Source of the DNA: the human T2T-CHM13v2.0 reference genome, Homo sapiens
Reading direction: 5' to 3' (one strand)
DNA length: 64,000 nucleotides
Assembly: GCF_009914755.1 (NCBI RefSeq)
Contig: NC_060926.1
Position 1 is the stretch's first letter. Each line of letters begins with the position of its first letter. Below, in pieces: positions 29,500-44,909 of this stretch. The position numbers and the translations under genes are program-made. The notes below the pieces were generated by a model. The model was not told the DNA's origin, did no database searches, and worked only from the letters and a program-made list of their open reading frames with translations.

Positions 29500-29903
29500 G
29501 AGAACATGTGCATAAAACAACTAAGAACAAAAAATATAGTAAATGAAACAAGAAAATTAAAATGGTACACTAGAAAATAGCTATTTACTGGTGTAAGAAG
29601 CATCCAGTGGGGATAGTGAGGGCCGGGGGAGAAAATAGCTGTTTAACCCAAAAGTCAGCAGTGATGGAGGAATAAAGAAAGACAAAAGAAATAAGACACA
29701 CAGATTATAAGTAGCAAAATGGCAATTGTAAATCTTACCTTATCAGTAATTACATTAAAGGCTAATGGATTAAACACTATAACCAAAAGGCACATATTGG
29801 CAGAATGAATAAGAAAACACGATCCAACTATGTGCTATCTACAAGAGACACACTTTATTTTCAAAGACACAATAAGCTGAAAGTAAAAGAATGGGAAAAA
29901 AAA
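29500..29903 (+). mobile_element. L1M remnant (start of ORF2 endonuclease region)
   Basis: atcagtaattacattaaag...aatggattaaac...tatgtgctatctacaagagacacacttt. Confidence 0.8.
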
Positions 29904-29909
29904 TTGTTC

Positions 29910-30296
29910 TGTTAAAAAGTATAGCCTAAAGCTACCTCCTCACATATATTAAGTTCAGCCTAAAGGTTTCTCCATACGTAGTGAACTGTAACTCAACTGG
30001 ATGTGTAAACAGACTGTAACCTACTCTTGCACCAATCACCAAGTTTCAGCCAATCAAAGACAGCCAACTGTTCAAACTGTGTTCAAATAAGGCACGCCAA
30101 GCTGTAACCAATCCAGCTGTTTCTGTACCTCACTTCCGTTTTCTTTTATGTTACTTTTTTTTTTTTCTGTTCATAAATTTTCTCCAATTCAGCAGCACAG
30201 AGTCACTCTGAACCTATTCTGGCTGGGGGCTAAGGGGATGGAACAGAGGGTCCTGCTCTATTCAGGAATCATTCTTTGCTCAATCAAACTCTGTTA
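29910..30296 (+). mobile_element. MER57-family ERV1 solo LTR (MER57B-like), 3' end clipped
   Basis: agcctaaagctacctcct...cctaaaggtttctccatac...gttcaaataaggca...tgtaaccaatccagctgtttctgtacctcacttccg. Confidence 0.85.
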
Positions 30297-30309
30297 TATT
30301 CCAGTTGCT

Positions 30310-30905
30310 TAGTCCAAACTTTCTCTCATACCCCATATTCAATCTGTCATAATATCCCAATGTTCTACTAATAACATATATATCCAGTACTAGCCATTTC
30401 TTCTCACATATACTGCCACCCTCCTATCGAAACTTCTATCAGCTCTGGCTAATGCCTGGACCATTCCACAATCCTCCTTTCTGGTCTCTCTACCTTATCC
30501 CCATTGTCTATTTTCATCCCAAAGACCAAGATAATCCTTTTAAAGTGTAGATAAGATCACTCTGCTTAAAATCCTCTGGCTTTCCATATCAATGCATATA
30601 AGTCAGAAGGCTGTCAATGGTTTAGAAGGCCCTACCCAATCTGCCCATGTTCACTGTATGTCCTCTCAGACCTCATTTCCCAGGTCACCCCATTACAGAC
30701 ACACTGTCCTCTTTTTCCACCTAAATACATCAGAGGCACATGCCTTTGTCAGGAATGCTCTCCTGGCAAATATCCTCATGGCTTATTCCCTCACCTCCTT
30801 CAATTCTTTCCTCATTTTATCTGCTTCTTAGTGAGGCCTTTCCTGACCACCCTATTTAATACTGCAACCAGACCCCTATACCTCTCCCAATCCCCTATAT
30901 ATTGC
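30310..30905 (+). mobile_element. L2 LINE remnant
   Basis: gatcactctgcttaaaatcctc...tggcttattccctcacctccttca...gaggccttttcctgaccaccctattta. Confidence 0.75.
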
Positions 30906-30906
30906 T

Positions 30907-31363
30907 TTATTAATTTCCTAGGGCTGCTATAACAATGTACCACAAACTGGGTGGCTGATACAACAGAAATGTGTTATCTCATAATTCTGAAGGCTGGAAG
31001 TCAAAGATCAAGGTGTCGGCAGGGTTGATTCCTTAGAAGGGCTGTGAGGGAGAATCTGTTTCAAGTCTCTCTCTCATCTTCTAGTAGCCTCAGGCAATCC
31101 TTGACTTGTAAATACTGTTCTCTAGTTAATCTTCACATAGTCTTCCCTCTGTAAATATCTGTGTCTACATTTCCCCTTTTTATAAGGACACCAGTCATAT
31201 TAGATTAGGGCCCACCCTAACAATCTAATGCTAATTTGATTATCTCCAAAACTAAGTTAAAGTCTGTGAAAATCTCATCTCCAAATAAGTTCACATTTTG
31301 GGGTACTAGGAGTTAGGACTTCTACATTTCTTTTTGGAAGGGGATACAGTTCAACCCATAACA
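30907..31363 (-). mobile_element. MLT1C-like MaLR LTR
   Basis: tttcctagggctgctataaca...ttataaggacaccagtcatattagattagggcccaccc...ttcaacccataaca. Confidence 0.85.
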
Positions 31364-34273
31364 GCTAGTACAACCACAGAGGAAGCTGAGAGGGAGCAAA
31401 ACTTTGTACAAATGGACAACAGTCAGCACAGTCTCAGCCCATGATAATTGTTTTGCACCCTCACCCTTTATTCAGGTACTCCTTCCATACTCAGTTCACA
31501 GTCTACCCAAAATGTTAGGCTTTGCCTCTAGTTTTCAGCTCTGTGCTCATATGTTTAACCTGAAGCTAGAATGTGACTTTTATAGCTCACCCTTTAACTC
31601 TTCACAATCAAATCACTTTAACATTATATCACTTAATTCTGGATCCCTGGCAAGCCCCAGTCTCTCTTTTAAACCAGCTGGCTCTTAGCTCAGGTAAGCC
31701 AGCCACTGGGGACATCATTTTTCTACCACATAGGTTTGAAATAATGCATTCTTATTACCCGTACTTAATGACCCAGTCTTGACAATTCTCCTACCTTAAT
31801 CTCATATGCAAACCCTTCTTTTCAGTCCTATTTTTACTACCACAAATTCAAGTTCATACTACCACTTGTCTGAATCATTAAAATAGTCTCCCAGTTGGCT
31901 ACCATGCCTCTACAGTATTACTTTCTAATCCAAGAAACCAACTGCTTTGGAAACATTCCTGAAATTTAGCCTGATTGCCTTGTTCCCCCACTTAAAAGAG
32001 ATGAAACATGCGGGTTCAAATGAACATTTGGTTTGAATTCTAGCTCTGACAACTAGTTGTCACAAGACCTTGGGCAAGTCATTTAGCTCCTCTGAGTGTT
32101 AGTTTTTCTCCAAAATGAGTACTGTAATATCTACTACAAACAACAAGAGTAGTTATCAATATATCAGAGGACACATTAAAGATGGTCTATTACCTTCTAA
32201 GGCTGTCCACTGCCTAACAAGTAAGATCTGCACACCCTTACAAGATCATCAAACCCAGTTTGGGACAGTCCAGTCTAATCACCAACAGCTCCCCCTCTGC
32301 TCCTATGTGAGACCACTACAGACTCTTCAATCATACAAGGCATTTAAGACTCTCTTTTCTTGTGTTATCTGCTCAGCCTAAAATACCCTTTTCCCAAATC
32401 TTCCCCCATCATTTTTCTAACAGTTACTTAAGGCCCAGCTCAAGTATCATATCTTTTAAGAACTAATACAATTTTTTTTTTCCAGCTGAGTTTTATTTGT
32501 GCTTCTCTTACACCATTTATTCAAGTTACTTACACACTAGTCTTTCTTTCTTATTAGGGCTAGGACTATGTGTTTTATCCACTATATTACTCGGTACCCT
32601 GTACTACAAACAGAAGCATTAAAGAAAAATAATAGTGACACTTAGAATTCTAAGATTAATTTCCAATACTATTTATAAAATTTATCCCAAAAAATTTATA
32701 GAGTCACCAATCCTATCTACATGCTTACAATGGAAATTGAGTATGTTCAATAAACTGGGACATGTCTAAAGGAAGCTATAACTTACTTAAATTATATAAT
32801 TGAAACAGAAAGAAGAAATAAGACTTTTATGTCTGATTTATGGGGAATAATATGATTTTAATAACAGGTCCTATCAATTCAAAAGGATAAACCTTGTCAC
32901 TTTATTTCATTTTAAAAGATAATACTCACAAATTATCAAGTAATTCAATTTCAGAAACACTCAAACATAACAAATGATCATATACATGTTCAAAATGTGG
33001 CACCAAGCTACATACCAATAAAATTTTGAAGATATTTTGTAAAAAATAATAATATTTGATCACTTCTGCCAGACTGGAGTATATATGTAATTCTTAAATA
33101 GTAAACAGGAGAAGAAATAAACAAGCAAATCATAAACTAAAAAAGAATGACCAAATAGTCGACTCTAGTATTCAAACATAAATTAACATTGAGTGCATAA
33201 AAAAGACTGCATTATGGATTTTTTGTCACACATCTATTTTAGAACATACAAAAAGAGAAAAACCATAGAGATGCATGTAGTATACAGATACAAGCAAGGC
33301 CATAGAGAAAGAATGGCTACAAAGATGAGAGAGAGTGGGAAGCACCTGCTTCCAATTTGTCTAATATACACTGTAAATAGTACCTGCTTCCTTGATTGGA
33401 AAAGCTCTAAGAGAAAAATTGCTCCACTGCATTAGAATGCATGCATATATATGCTTATACTCTCATGTAGCTGTACTGAAAGATATTATATGGGTCTCAA
33501 AATTCAGGTAGGGCAAATCTCAGTAACAAGATCACACTAATAACCTATCCATGGTAAGGCTCTAAAGACAAGGATAGATTTGAACATAACTCTAAACATT
33601 AAGTCCTCCCTGTGTCCACACAGCATGCATTTCAAACTGAACTAAGTAAAGACTCCAACACTGTCTAGAGAGAAAAGCAGTGTTTTTGCTGTGGGGATAT
33701 CATCTCTCCAGGTATTGAATCCCTGACCTCTTAGCGTAATAACTAATTATCTCATATTTTAAAATACATAATCAATGCATATATATACATAAACAGATTT
33801 AAGCTAAAAGAAGAGTACAAATATTTTCTATGTACAATAATAAAGACTACATGCAGGCAAGTTTACTGAGTATCTGTCTCTTTTGGCTTTTTAACTCCCA
33901 AGAATGTTTGAGCTGACCATTAAGACTTTGCTACCAAGTCCAATTCTCAATGCTTCATCTCTTAATGGACTACACAATGGCTCTATTTTATAAGTACATA
34001 TAAACATAAGATTTTACATGCCAATGGAGAATTTTTGTCTCAGAAGCTGACCTAATGTCTGAACTTTGGCTTACCTTGCTTACTTTCTCCAAAACCCTCT
34101 GGAAATCTATTTCTAGATCCTAAGTTTGTATACTAATTCCTCCCATTTCCACCACTTAGCAGGGTAAAATGCCCTCCCTGCGCTATTTCTTTATAATCCC
34201 ATAATTCTCTTACAAGTTAAATGACTGTATGCATTATGCTGTATTATTTTAGTTGATTTCCTATCAACCAGAA

Positions 34274-34441
34274 GTGTTCACTCTGAACTCTTTTGCAGAA
34301 GCGCCCTGTTGCATCCTGCCACAAGGCCTTTGCACATGCTGCTCCCACTGGTGTGCCCTTCAGACAGCAGCTAAGGCTCACTTCCTAAGGGAAGCCTTTC
34401 CTACCTGACCAGAGCAGGTTCTTTTCTGATGCTCTCGGACA
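34274..34441 (+). repeat. Local direct repeat, copy 1 (L2-like)
   Basis: 34301-34441 matches 35211-35351 with 6 mismatches in 141 nt. Confidence 0.95.
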
Positions 34442-35179
34442 TCATTATTTTAGTTTTTTTCTTCCCCACTGGAATGAGAGCTCCTTAAGGCCAGAAACTG
34501 TGTCAGGTCCCTTTCTATATCTCCAGCAAGTCCTAGGGCAAAAATGGTATTCATTAAGTATCCATCAATCAAAACCATAGGTTGATAATTATTGAAGCCA
34601 GGCAACTGGTACACGCAGAGTAGGGGAGGGAGGATGTTTCATTTTGTGTGTGTGTGTGTGTGTGTGTATACTTGAAATTTGTTTAACATTGGGTGAAAAA
34701 CTCTTTGTGGAAGAGACTTATAGCTATATATAAGTAATCTTCAATAAGTAAAAGAGTCTATAAACAAATTGGACTTGTTCAGTTTTGCCACTGAGAACTA
34801 GTATCAATGAGTAAAATCCAGAATTTTGGCTTCACATAAGAAAGAACTCTCCATTGCTTAAAAGTGTCTGGAAATAAAGCTGGTTCCAAAGAAGAAAGGG
34901 AGGACCCTGCCACTTGGGTAGTTATACTCAAGCAGTTGGATAATCAGTGGATTCCTAGTTAGGGGATTAAAGGACCAAATGGGAAAAATGAACTTGAAGA
35001 AATCTTCAAATCTTTTGAGTATCTGAAAACAAAGTTTATTGTCTTAAAATAGATATATAGAAGTCAATATGACACACAGAAGTCAATATAAAAATATTGA
35101 TTTCATATTTCATATAAAGCATCTATAAAGAATGAAGTTTTTACTTAAAACCAATCTCCCTGAAAGCTTTATCTTGCAG

Positions 35180-35351
35180 GTGTTCACTCTGCACTCCAGC
35201 TTCTCTCAATGCGCCCTGTTGCATCCTGCCACGTGGCCTTTGCACATGCTGCTCCCACTGGTATGCTCTTCAGATAGCAGCTAAGGCTCACTTCCTAAGG
35301 GAAGCCTTTCCTACCTGACCAGAGCAGGTTCTTTTCTGATGCTCTCAGACA
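35180..35351 (+). repeat. Local direct repeat, copy 2 (L2-like)
   Basis: See copy 1; followed by an L2 3' end (ataaatatttgttgaatg). Confidence 0.95.
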
Positions 35352-35644
35352 ACCATATCCCTCTGCTAGAGATAGAGAGCACAGATGCCATATTTTCACT
35401 AACCACTGTATCCCCAGTGCCTGTCACAAAGCCTGGCATGTTGTAAGGGCTAAATAAATATTTGTTGAATGGATGTATGAACGCCAACACTCCCTATGAA
35501 TCCAGCATTTTCATAAATTATAATCTAAACTGAACATGTCAACTTGCCAAAAGATAGTCAACCTATTTCTCTACCAGAAGTGATTCAGCTCTCATCCTAG
35601 AGGATGAGAACAATAAGAAAACAGTTAGCCAGCTCCCAAGGCAG

Positions 35645-35939
35645 CTTTTTTGTTTTTGTTTTTGTATTTTGAGACAGGGTCTCGCTCCATCACCCAGGCT
35701 GGAGTGCAGTGGCAAGACTGTGGCTCACTGCAGCCTCAATCTCCATGGCTCAACTAATCCTCCCACCTCAGCCTCTCGAGTAGCTGAGACTACAGGTATG
35801 TGGCACCATTCCTGACTAATTTTTAAATTTTTTTGTAGAGACGGGATCTCACTATGTTGCCCAGGCTGGTCTCAAACAATCCTCCCACCTCAGCCTCCCA
35901 AAGTGCTAGGATGACGGGCATGAACCACTGAGCCTGGCC
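35645..35939 (-). mobile_element. AluJ SINE
   Basis: J-type sequence; TSD cccaaggca. Confidence 0.92.
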
Positions 35940-37588
35940 CCAAGGCATTATTTTTATACTTTTTTTAACATGAAAATATAACATTTTCGGTAACTTTTAG
36001 CTACACAATACACAAAATAAATTTATTTTTCAGAACACTTTTAAGATTGTGACAAGCCAAATGATGCTGAGGTCAAACTGTGGTTTATTAAGCTGAAAGA
36101 ATATATTGTATGGACATGAAGTTTAATGAGGATGTTTAGGTAACGAAGAAGTAATGAGAGACTCAGGACAGATGGACAAGCATCAGGTCATATAAACTAT
36201 TTCCACATGTATGTCTGAAGGAAGATACGAAAATGCCCAAGATAGGAATAATTTGTGTTGCTAAGAAACACTAAGGTTGATGAGTAAACTGTCTCTCTTA
36301 CAAAAACCAACTAAAATCATGTCATTTATCAGTGCAATGTGATTAATAATTATTCACTTTAGAAAACCTTTATAAGATAAACTAAACCAAAAGAAAGGCA
36401 AAAATTTTAACACTCAGAAATCACTAATGTATATAATGTATACAGGGACATTTAGTGTAGTATTTTATTGACTTCCATCAAAAGTGTTCATTTAGGACAA
36501 AGTTACAAGATTCTACCTTTGGCTATAAAATTATGACTGAAAAAAATATTAAAGTACAAAAAATATTCTATCCACACAAAAACAATCACTTACAGCTAAT
36601 ACACAAAGTATTTCAAATTCCAAAGAAATAAATTCTAACAAAGTTAAACAACACTGTTTCAGGACTACTTCATTTTTATTTCAATTTTGGAAAAATTACC
36701 CCGATTTCTGAATCAGAGACACACTCCAACACTGTACCATGTTGAAACCCCTCAGGCTCAATCCTATTTCTTATAAACTTTAGCTTTAATTTTGGTCCCA
36801 ACATGAACTTTCACCCAGACTACACTTTCACCCAGGTCATCCTCACCACTATGAGGGCCAACCCTGGACTCGGTCTCTCCTGCACTTCAGAGACAAATGA
36901 CAAACCAAGAAAAAGATGAAGAGAAGTCTTCAAAATGAGTATAAACTTCAAAGAATGATTGCTTTATAATGAAATAATAAAATTTATATTGGAGAGGTGT
37001 GAATTTGGAAAAGACTTAGCTTAGTTTGCCCTACATATGGAAAACTATTATTATTACTGTTTTAGTTTTATAAATTGATTTCCTCTGATACTAAGGAATG
37101 CATTACGTGATTTACTAACATTCCAAATCTACAAATTAGAAAACACAAAGAGTCAAAAAAATCATTTAACTTTTCATCATGAAAATCTTCAATTATACCC
37201 AACAGTAGGGAGAAAAGTTTAGTGAACCACCATCACCCAGCTTCAACAATTATCATTACTCTGTCAATTTTACCTACAAGAAATCTATTCTTGAATAATG
37301 CCAAGAGCATACTGAATTCAGACATTGTTTTAAAAGTGTGCCTGCCAGCTTGACCACGGAGAAACAATGGATTTCACGCAAAAACTTTCTTTTTGTCTCT
37401 TTCTGGTCTATTACACTTACTCAAGAATAAATCAACTCCTGGCCTATAGTAAAAATTCAAATAATCCTCATGACTTTTCTGGTCCCTCATAAGTAAGAGA
37501 AAATCATATAGTCAATTTAAATGGTAGGTCTCGGTTCAGTAATTCAAAATTACTAGTCTTGGCTGGGCGTGGTGTCTCATGCCTGTAA

Positions 37589-37920
<332 letters not shown>

Positions 37921-38049
37921 GATTCCATCTCTTAAAAAAGAAAAAAAAAGTCTTAGATCATTAGGGAAAATTGAATATAGACTGTATAGTATACATTATT
38001 ATACCAATGGTAAAGACCTCGGTGTGGTAAAAGTATTACGACTACATAG

Positions 38050-38355
<306 letters not shown>

Positions 38356-39664
38356 AGAGAGAATATTTTAATTCTTAAGATAAACAAGCTGAAGGGGTAA
38401 AACGTCACTTTTGAATGGTTCAGCCCCATCCCACTGCCCAAAAGAGTATAAATACAATATATACCGTGGCTAAATGTTAATAACTGGTAAAAGGTATGGG
38501 GTGTTTATTGTATTGTATTGTTTCAACATTCCAATAGGCTTGAAATTTTACAAAATAAAAAGACTAGACCCAAATAACAATCAAAACTCCAAAGTACATG
38601 TAACATTAAATCTATGTTCTTCACTCAGCTGGGGCCTGCCCAGCACCAGCCACTGTCAGTGAAGGAAGGAACAGGATCCTCCTCATCTCACCAAATTTCT
38701 CTTCCACCATCTTCCTGAGTTTTCTGAGCCCACCAGGATCAAGGTCAGGAAAGGGAGGAGAGGTCAGGCATATAAGACAGTTCTTGATTGCTATCTGTAG
38801 CAAAATGATCTAGGGCTATGGCAGAGGGGATATGGCAGAGTGTTTAACGCTAATTCTTCCTCTCTTGGGGAGCTTATGTGCACTCTTCCAATGGTATACT
38901 CCTCCAATTGCAAATATCCTGCCAGAGACACTGCTCTCTCTCTCTGCTAAAAGCTCTTAATGCCTCCTTAGCTTCTAACCCCTGGTGGTACACAAACAGC
39001 CCATTACTGCTGGGATCTTCTTGCCCTGGCAGGAGACTTTTTTTTCAGCAGGATCCCCTTAAAAATGAGAGCAGGTTGATTTCCCTGTTGACAGAGAAGA
39101 GTGCAATTACTTCTCAAACCCAGCACTACTGCTATAGAACACTTCAGCTTTCCCAGGTATGAGTCAAGCATCAATATCCTGTGACCCCAAGATAAAGTTT
39201 AGTTGAAACTTCTCTCACTAGACTTGACAAAAGATTCAGAGACCCCTAACTTGTGGGAGACAAGGGTAAAACATACAGCACTCTGATGACCTGCAGAAAA
39301 ATTCATCTAACAAAATCTTCCCCCCCAACACCCCCACTTTGATAGCCTCTATGTGAGTAAAGGGATTCAAATGTCACAAAACCAGCTTTCTATAATTCTG
39401 TATATGGTCTAGCACTTCCTTTGGATATAGAAGCATGTGTTGAATACTGGTGCCTCAATTCAAAGTTCCAGTGTATCACTCTGTTATCCGAGGAACTCTA
39501 TTAATGGCGTATTCTCTATATATATATTTTGGAAACCTGTTGTGAAGGCTAAAAGTTTCTCACATGTAAAACTTACAGAACAGCACTTGGGCTCACAGTA
39601 AGCCCTTACTTAATGCTAGCTACTACTGTAATATAGAGTTCTCTTTTTTAATTTTTTAAAAATT

Positions 39665-40331
39665 TAAAAACAAGTGTTGGTAAGAATATGGAGAAATTGA
39701 AATCCGTGTACACTGCTGGTGGGAATACAAAATGGTGCAGCCACTATGGAAAAGAGTATAGCAGTTCTTCAAAAAATAAAACTATGATCCAGCAATTCCA
39801 CTTCTGGGTATACATCTCAAAAGAATTGAAATCAGGGACTTGAACAGATTATTTGTATACCTACATTCATAGTAGCATTGCTCACAACAGCCAAAAAGTA
39901 GAAGAGTCCATCAGTGGACGAATGGAGAAATAAAATGTGGTATATGTATATACAATGTAATATTATTCAGCCTTAAAAAGGAAAAACATTCTGACATATG
40001 CTACAACATGAATGAACCTTGAAGACATTATACTAAGTAAAATAAACTAGTCAATCAAAATGGCAAATGCCGTATGATTCAACTTATATGAGGTACCTAG
40101 AGTAGTCTCATTCATAAAGACAAAGTCTGCCACGGACTGCCAGGTTGCCTGGGGAGTGAGTACCCACTGCCTAATGGGTACAGTTTCAGTTGAGGAAGGT
40201 GAAAAGCTTTGGATAAAGATGGTAGAGATGGCTGCACAACAATGGGAATGTACCTAATGCCACTGACCTATACACTTAAAAATGGTAAAAATAGTAAATT
40301 TTATGTTAGGTCCATTTTACCACAGTAAAAA
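39665..40331 (+). mobile_element. L1MB-like 3' end
   Basis: acaagtgttggtaagaatatggagaaattg...cacttaaaaatggtaaaaatagtaaattttatgtt. Confidence 0.88.
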
Positions 40332-41238
40332 CTATTTTTTTTAATTATCTATAATTAAATGGCCAAATGATATACAAATTGTATGAGAAAAATATAAATG
40401 AACAAGCGGGGAAAAATGCTATTGCAAGCCACTATCCTATATCCAACAATCCCACTCCTAAATACACAGCCCAAAGAACTTACACATAAAACTAGTATTA
40501 AAATTGTGTACAGATGTTTATCACAGCATTATGTCTAAGTGGTTTTAGAAGCAATCCATTCATCCATTACCTGGATAACTTACAAAGGAACCAAACTATG
40601 TTTAGAAGTATTTAGCTAGAGATATACACCATAACATGTCTAAACTAAAAACAGTGTCAAAAGTGAAAAAAGAAAGCTTGAGGTCTGAATTTAAGATATA
40701 CATAATATACGAACTGTTCTGTATTTTTCAAAGATATGTGCCAATCCAAGGTAATATGCCAAACACATGCAAGTCAAGGTCTACTAAGGGAAGCTGGGAT
40801 AGGGGTGGAAAACAGGGGTAGGGATAGGGGTTAAAGGAAAAAAAATAATAACTCAAAACGAGAAAATGGTCTTGTCCAGCCTCTTGATGATTATATGTTA
40901 TCAGCTAAGGAGGATGAGTAATGCAAATTTGTGAACCAGAAGCCCCCAAAATTTTTTGGTATTAACTATATTTCCTTTCCCAAATATCTGCAAGTTTTTA
41001 CTCTGAGGCACTTTCAATTATATAGCATTTAATCTGACCATCTGTTTACCAAAGGCTAGTACATTGAAAAAAAGAAAGAAAATGGGTTTTTTTCCTAGCC
41101 AATTGCAATGCCAATGTTTTAATCTTTATTTAAAAAAATCTGATTAAAACCAAAAATCCTTCCAATAAACCATTTTTTACATTTCAATTACCATTACACA
41201 AAATACCACAGCTATGCAACTTAGTAAAAAAGATGTAC

Positions 41239-41542
41239 CTTTTTTGTTTTGTCTTGTTTTTTTGTTTGTTTGTTTGTTTTGAGACAGAATCTCGCTCTGT
41301 TACCCAGGCTGGAGTGCAGTAGCATGATCTCAGCTTACTGCAACCTCCGCATCCCAGATGCAAGTGATTCTCCTGCCTCAGCCTCTTGAGTAGCTGGGAC
41401 TACAGATGCGCACCACCACGCCCAGCTACTTTTTGTACTTTTAGTAGAGACAGAGTTTCGCCTAGTTGGCCTGGCTGGTCTCAAACTCCTGACCTCAGGT
41501 GATTCACCCATCTCGGCCTCCCAGAGTGCTGGGATTACAGGC
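41239..41542 (-). mobile_element. AluS SINE with (TTTG)n tail
   Basis: Alu consensus. Confidence 0.93.
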
Positions 41543-42858
41543 ATGAGCCACCGCACCAGGCCTTGTAGCTTCAAGAAAATTAACAAACTATGAATTTCCA
41601 TGCTGGTATTTATTTCCTAAATAGCATTTCCAAAGATGCAAATATCACAACCTGAATTCACAGAAGAAACTGAATCATCCATCTTATTAAACACGGGATC
41701 ATGTACAAAATACAGCCATAAGAGGCTCTTTTTAAAAGCACATCCACTACCAATGCCCACATGCTTTCTGGAGGAAATGCAAGTATTAAACGCCAGGTTC
41801 CACAAACAGTGGCCTCAAAGCACTAATCAAGACCTCTGAAGGCCACTGCCACTCCTCCAGGAGGCATGTCTTCTTTATCTTTTCAGTGCCAGCACGGGCA
41901 CATCATGGGTCCTCAAGAAATATTTTTTGAAGGGATGACCTCAGTAAATGGCAGTAGGTATAAATAAGTGGAAGAGTGTATAAAATTAAGCAATGACAAC
42001 TTTCATTATCTGAAGGACTATCTGAAAATAGACTGCTCAGTCAGTGAAAGTTGTGCTAGGCAAAGCACATTTGGCCCTCCCTGACTTACACACCTAGCTA
42101 TAAGCCTCTGAGAACCTTAAGGGGCCACCACACATCCAAGTGCTCCTCCTCTACCTACAATGGCACTCATCTCCACACTTAGGGCATACAGAAAATATCT
42201 GTCTACCAAAGTCATTGAGGGCTTACTTGTGTTTACCCCATGCCACCACAAATACTGCTTTTCCTCAATTATATATATATATAATTATATACATATATAT
42301 ACTCACACATATATGTCTGTGGACTAAAAGATATTAAGCTAGAAGAGTCATAAAATAAGTAAAAAGAAAGATATCGATTACACTGGAGAACAAGTGGGGT
42401 AACCAATAGATTGCCCATAGCAATCTCCCTGTCTTTACTGAACACTACACAGATGAAATGAACAGACCCTTTATTTCTATCTGTTCCCTAACTTAGAATT
42501 ACAGCCATACAGAAAGGTGTATCTTAGGAGAGCATGATACTTAGACAGTGCACTCGTACCATAAACTTATTACCTCAAAAAGCCACACGGAAGATCAGGA
42601 TACACCTGCCAAATTTATCTATAATTTCTATTTTAAAGGCTGTTTCAGTCAATATTCAATAGGTATTTACAGAACATCAACTATGCGCCAACTTCTAGGC
42701 CAGTCAGAACACCGGCCTATGGCAGAATCAAAGATGAGTACAGCATTTGATGGGCTTACAAAGTAGTAAGGAGTATTTGACAAATATTCAAGAACTATAA
42801 CCTAGTAAGAAAACTAGTATCTGTAACCAGTAACTAGATCCTAGTAAGAAAAGCACAG

Positions 42859-43212
<354 letters not shown>

Positions 43213-43704
43213 TCACAGAGAGCACTGAAGATAGGCTTTCAGCAAAGGAAACGGTATTACCAAAGAAACAGAGGCTAGTAAAGTAATGCTGGCCAAGGCA
43301 GTGAAGTACTATGTTAAGTATAAAAACGTAGAATATGCAGACAGGAGACTTACTGGACAGGCCCTTAAGTACCAAGGTTAAATATTAAAACCTCCTTTTG
43401 TGAATAATGAAGATGATTTATTTAAAAAAAGGTTGTTTCAGGGAATAAGGGAGCCACTGAAAACTGAAATTGGCCTCAATATGGACAAAATACTGGAGGA
43501 GGAAAAGATAAATTAGGAAAACTAGGAGAGGAGTATTTTCAAAAGTCTAAAGCACATAAGTCTGCATCATAAAATAATTAAAAGAGAAGTCATCAAGAAA
43601 AGGGTGGAAAATGTTCAACAATTTTTTGTGATGAGATATGTATAAATAAAACACTTAGATACATGCAAAAACTTTTATTTTTTTCTTAAATTTCAATACT
43701 AAAA

Positions 43705-44620
43705 AGGGAGTAACAGGGCATTTCCAATACTGGCTTTGATTAACTAGCACCAGGCTTGCCCACTTCATACCATAATCAACCAGAAAATTTGATAAACATA
43801 CAAAACAATCATTTTCAGACAGTAGACAATAATGGCAGCAATGAACTATGATCCCTAAAAGAAAGGGAAACCCTATGATTGCACCAGCTTTCTGCCTGGA
43901 GGCACTCTCTGCATCATGGTGGGAGACACTAAGTACATGGTGGTTCAGCTGAATCGCGGGAACAGATATCAGAGTTTTAGGAAGCCTGAGGTAGCTTAAG
44001 TTTATAAGTGTACAGTACATACGTAAAAGGAGCTAAGAAGAGGGAAAGCACCACATGTCTACACAAGGGTTCCATGTGTACTCTTCTGAGGAATATTCTA
44101 AGATTCCATGAGACTGGTAAAAGAACAAATATGAGAGAACAATAACAACACTTCCAAAAGGTCACAGAAGCCTGGAAGACAGGCAGATTTGGAATAGAAG
44201 AGTAGACGGACTTCGTTGACCATGCACAGCATTCAGCAGAGGATAAAGAAGAATCACACCTTAGAAATAAGATTAATTTACCTCTGTATAGTTTACCTCC
44301 TCTATTAATTTACCTCCTCTATAGTAAAGGATACTCAAAACAATCCTAACAAACAAAACTAGCCCCAAAAAGATCAAGCTGATTCACAAAGAACGTAAAC
44401 TGCCTGCTAAAACTGAAACTCTTTTTTAAAAGACAGTAAAATCAAGACATTCAATAATGCAACATTTACAATCCCCATCAGCAAACCAAAAATTACCAGA
44501 CATACAAAGAAGAAAAATGTGACTCATAACTAAGACAAAAATCAGTCAATAAAAAATAGATCCAGAAATAACAGATATGATGGAACAAACATACCAGGAT
44601 AGCAAGTACACTAAACAATG
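43705..44620 (+). mobile_element. Old L1M 5'/ORF1-region remnant
   Basis: aaaattaccagacatacaaagaag...aaaaatcagtcaata...ccagaaataacagatatgatggaa. Confidence 0.65.
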
Positions 44621-44909
44621 AATATACTAAAACAGTACTTGACAATGTATTTAATAATTATTTTAATAGAAACAGGATCTCACTATATTCGCCAGGCTGG
44701 TCTTGTACTCCTGGCCTCAAGTAGGCCTCCCACCTCAGCCTCCCAAAGTGCTGGGATTACAGAAGAATTTATTTCTAAATGTAACATAATAATAAATAAA
44801 AGCTATTTTAAAAAGTAGAACTTCCAGAGGTAAATATAAACTTTATTTATAATTTAAAATACAAAGACGCAGATGAGAAATTCTGATTTGACTTGCATTT
44901 CACAACAGT

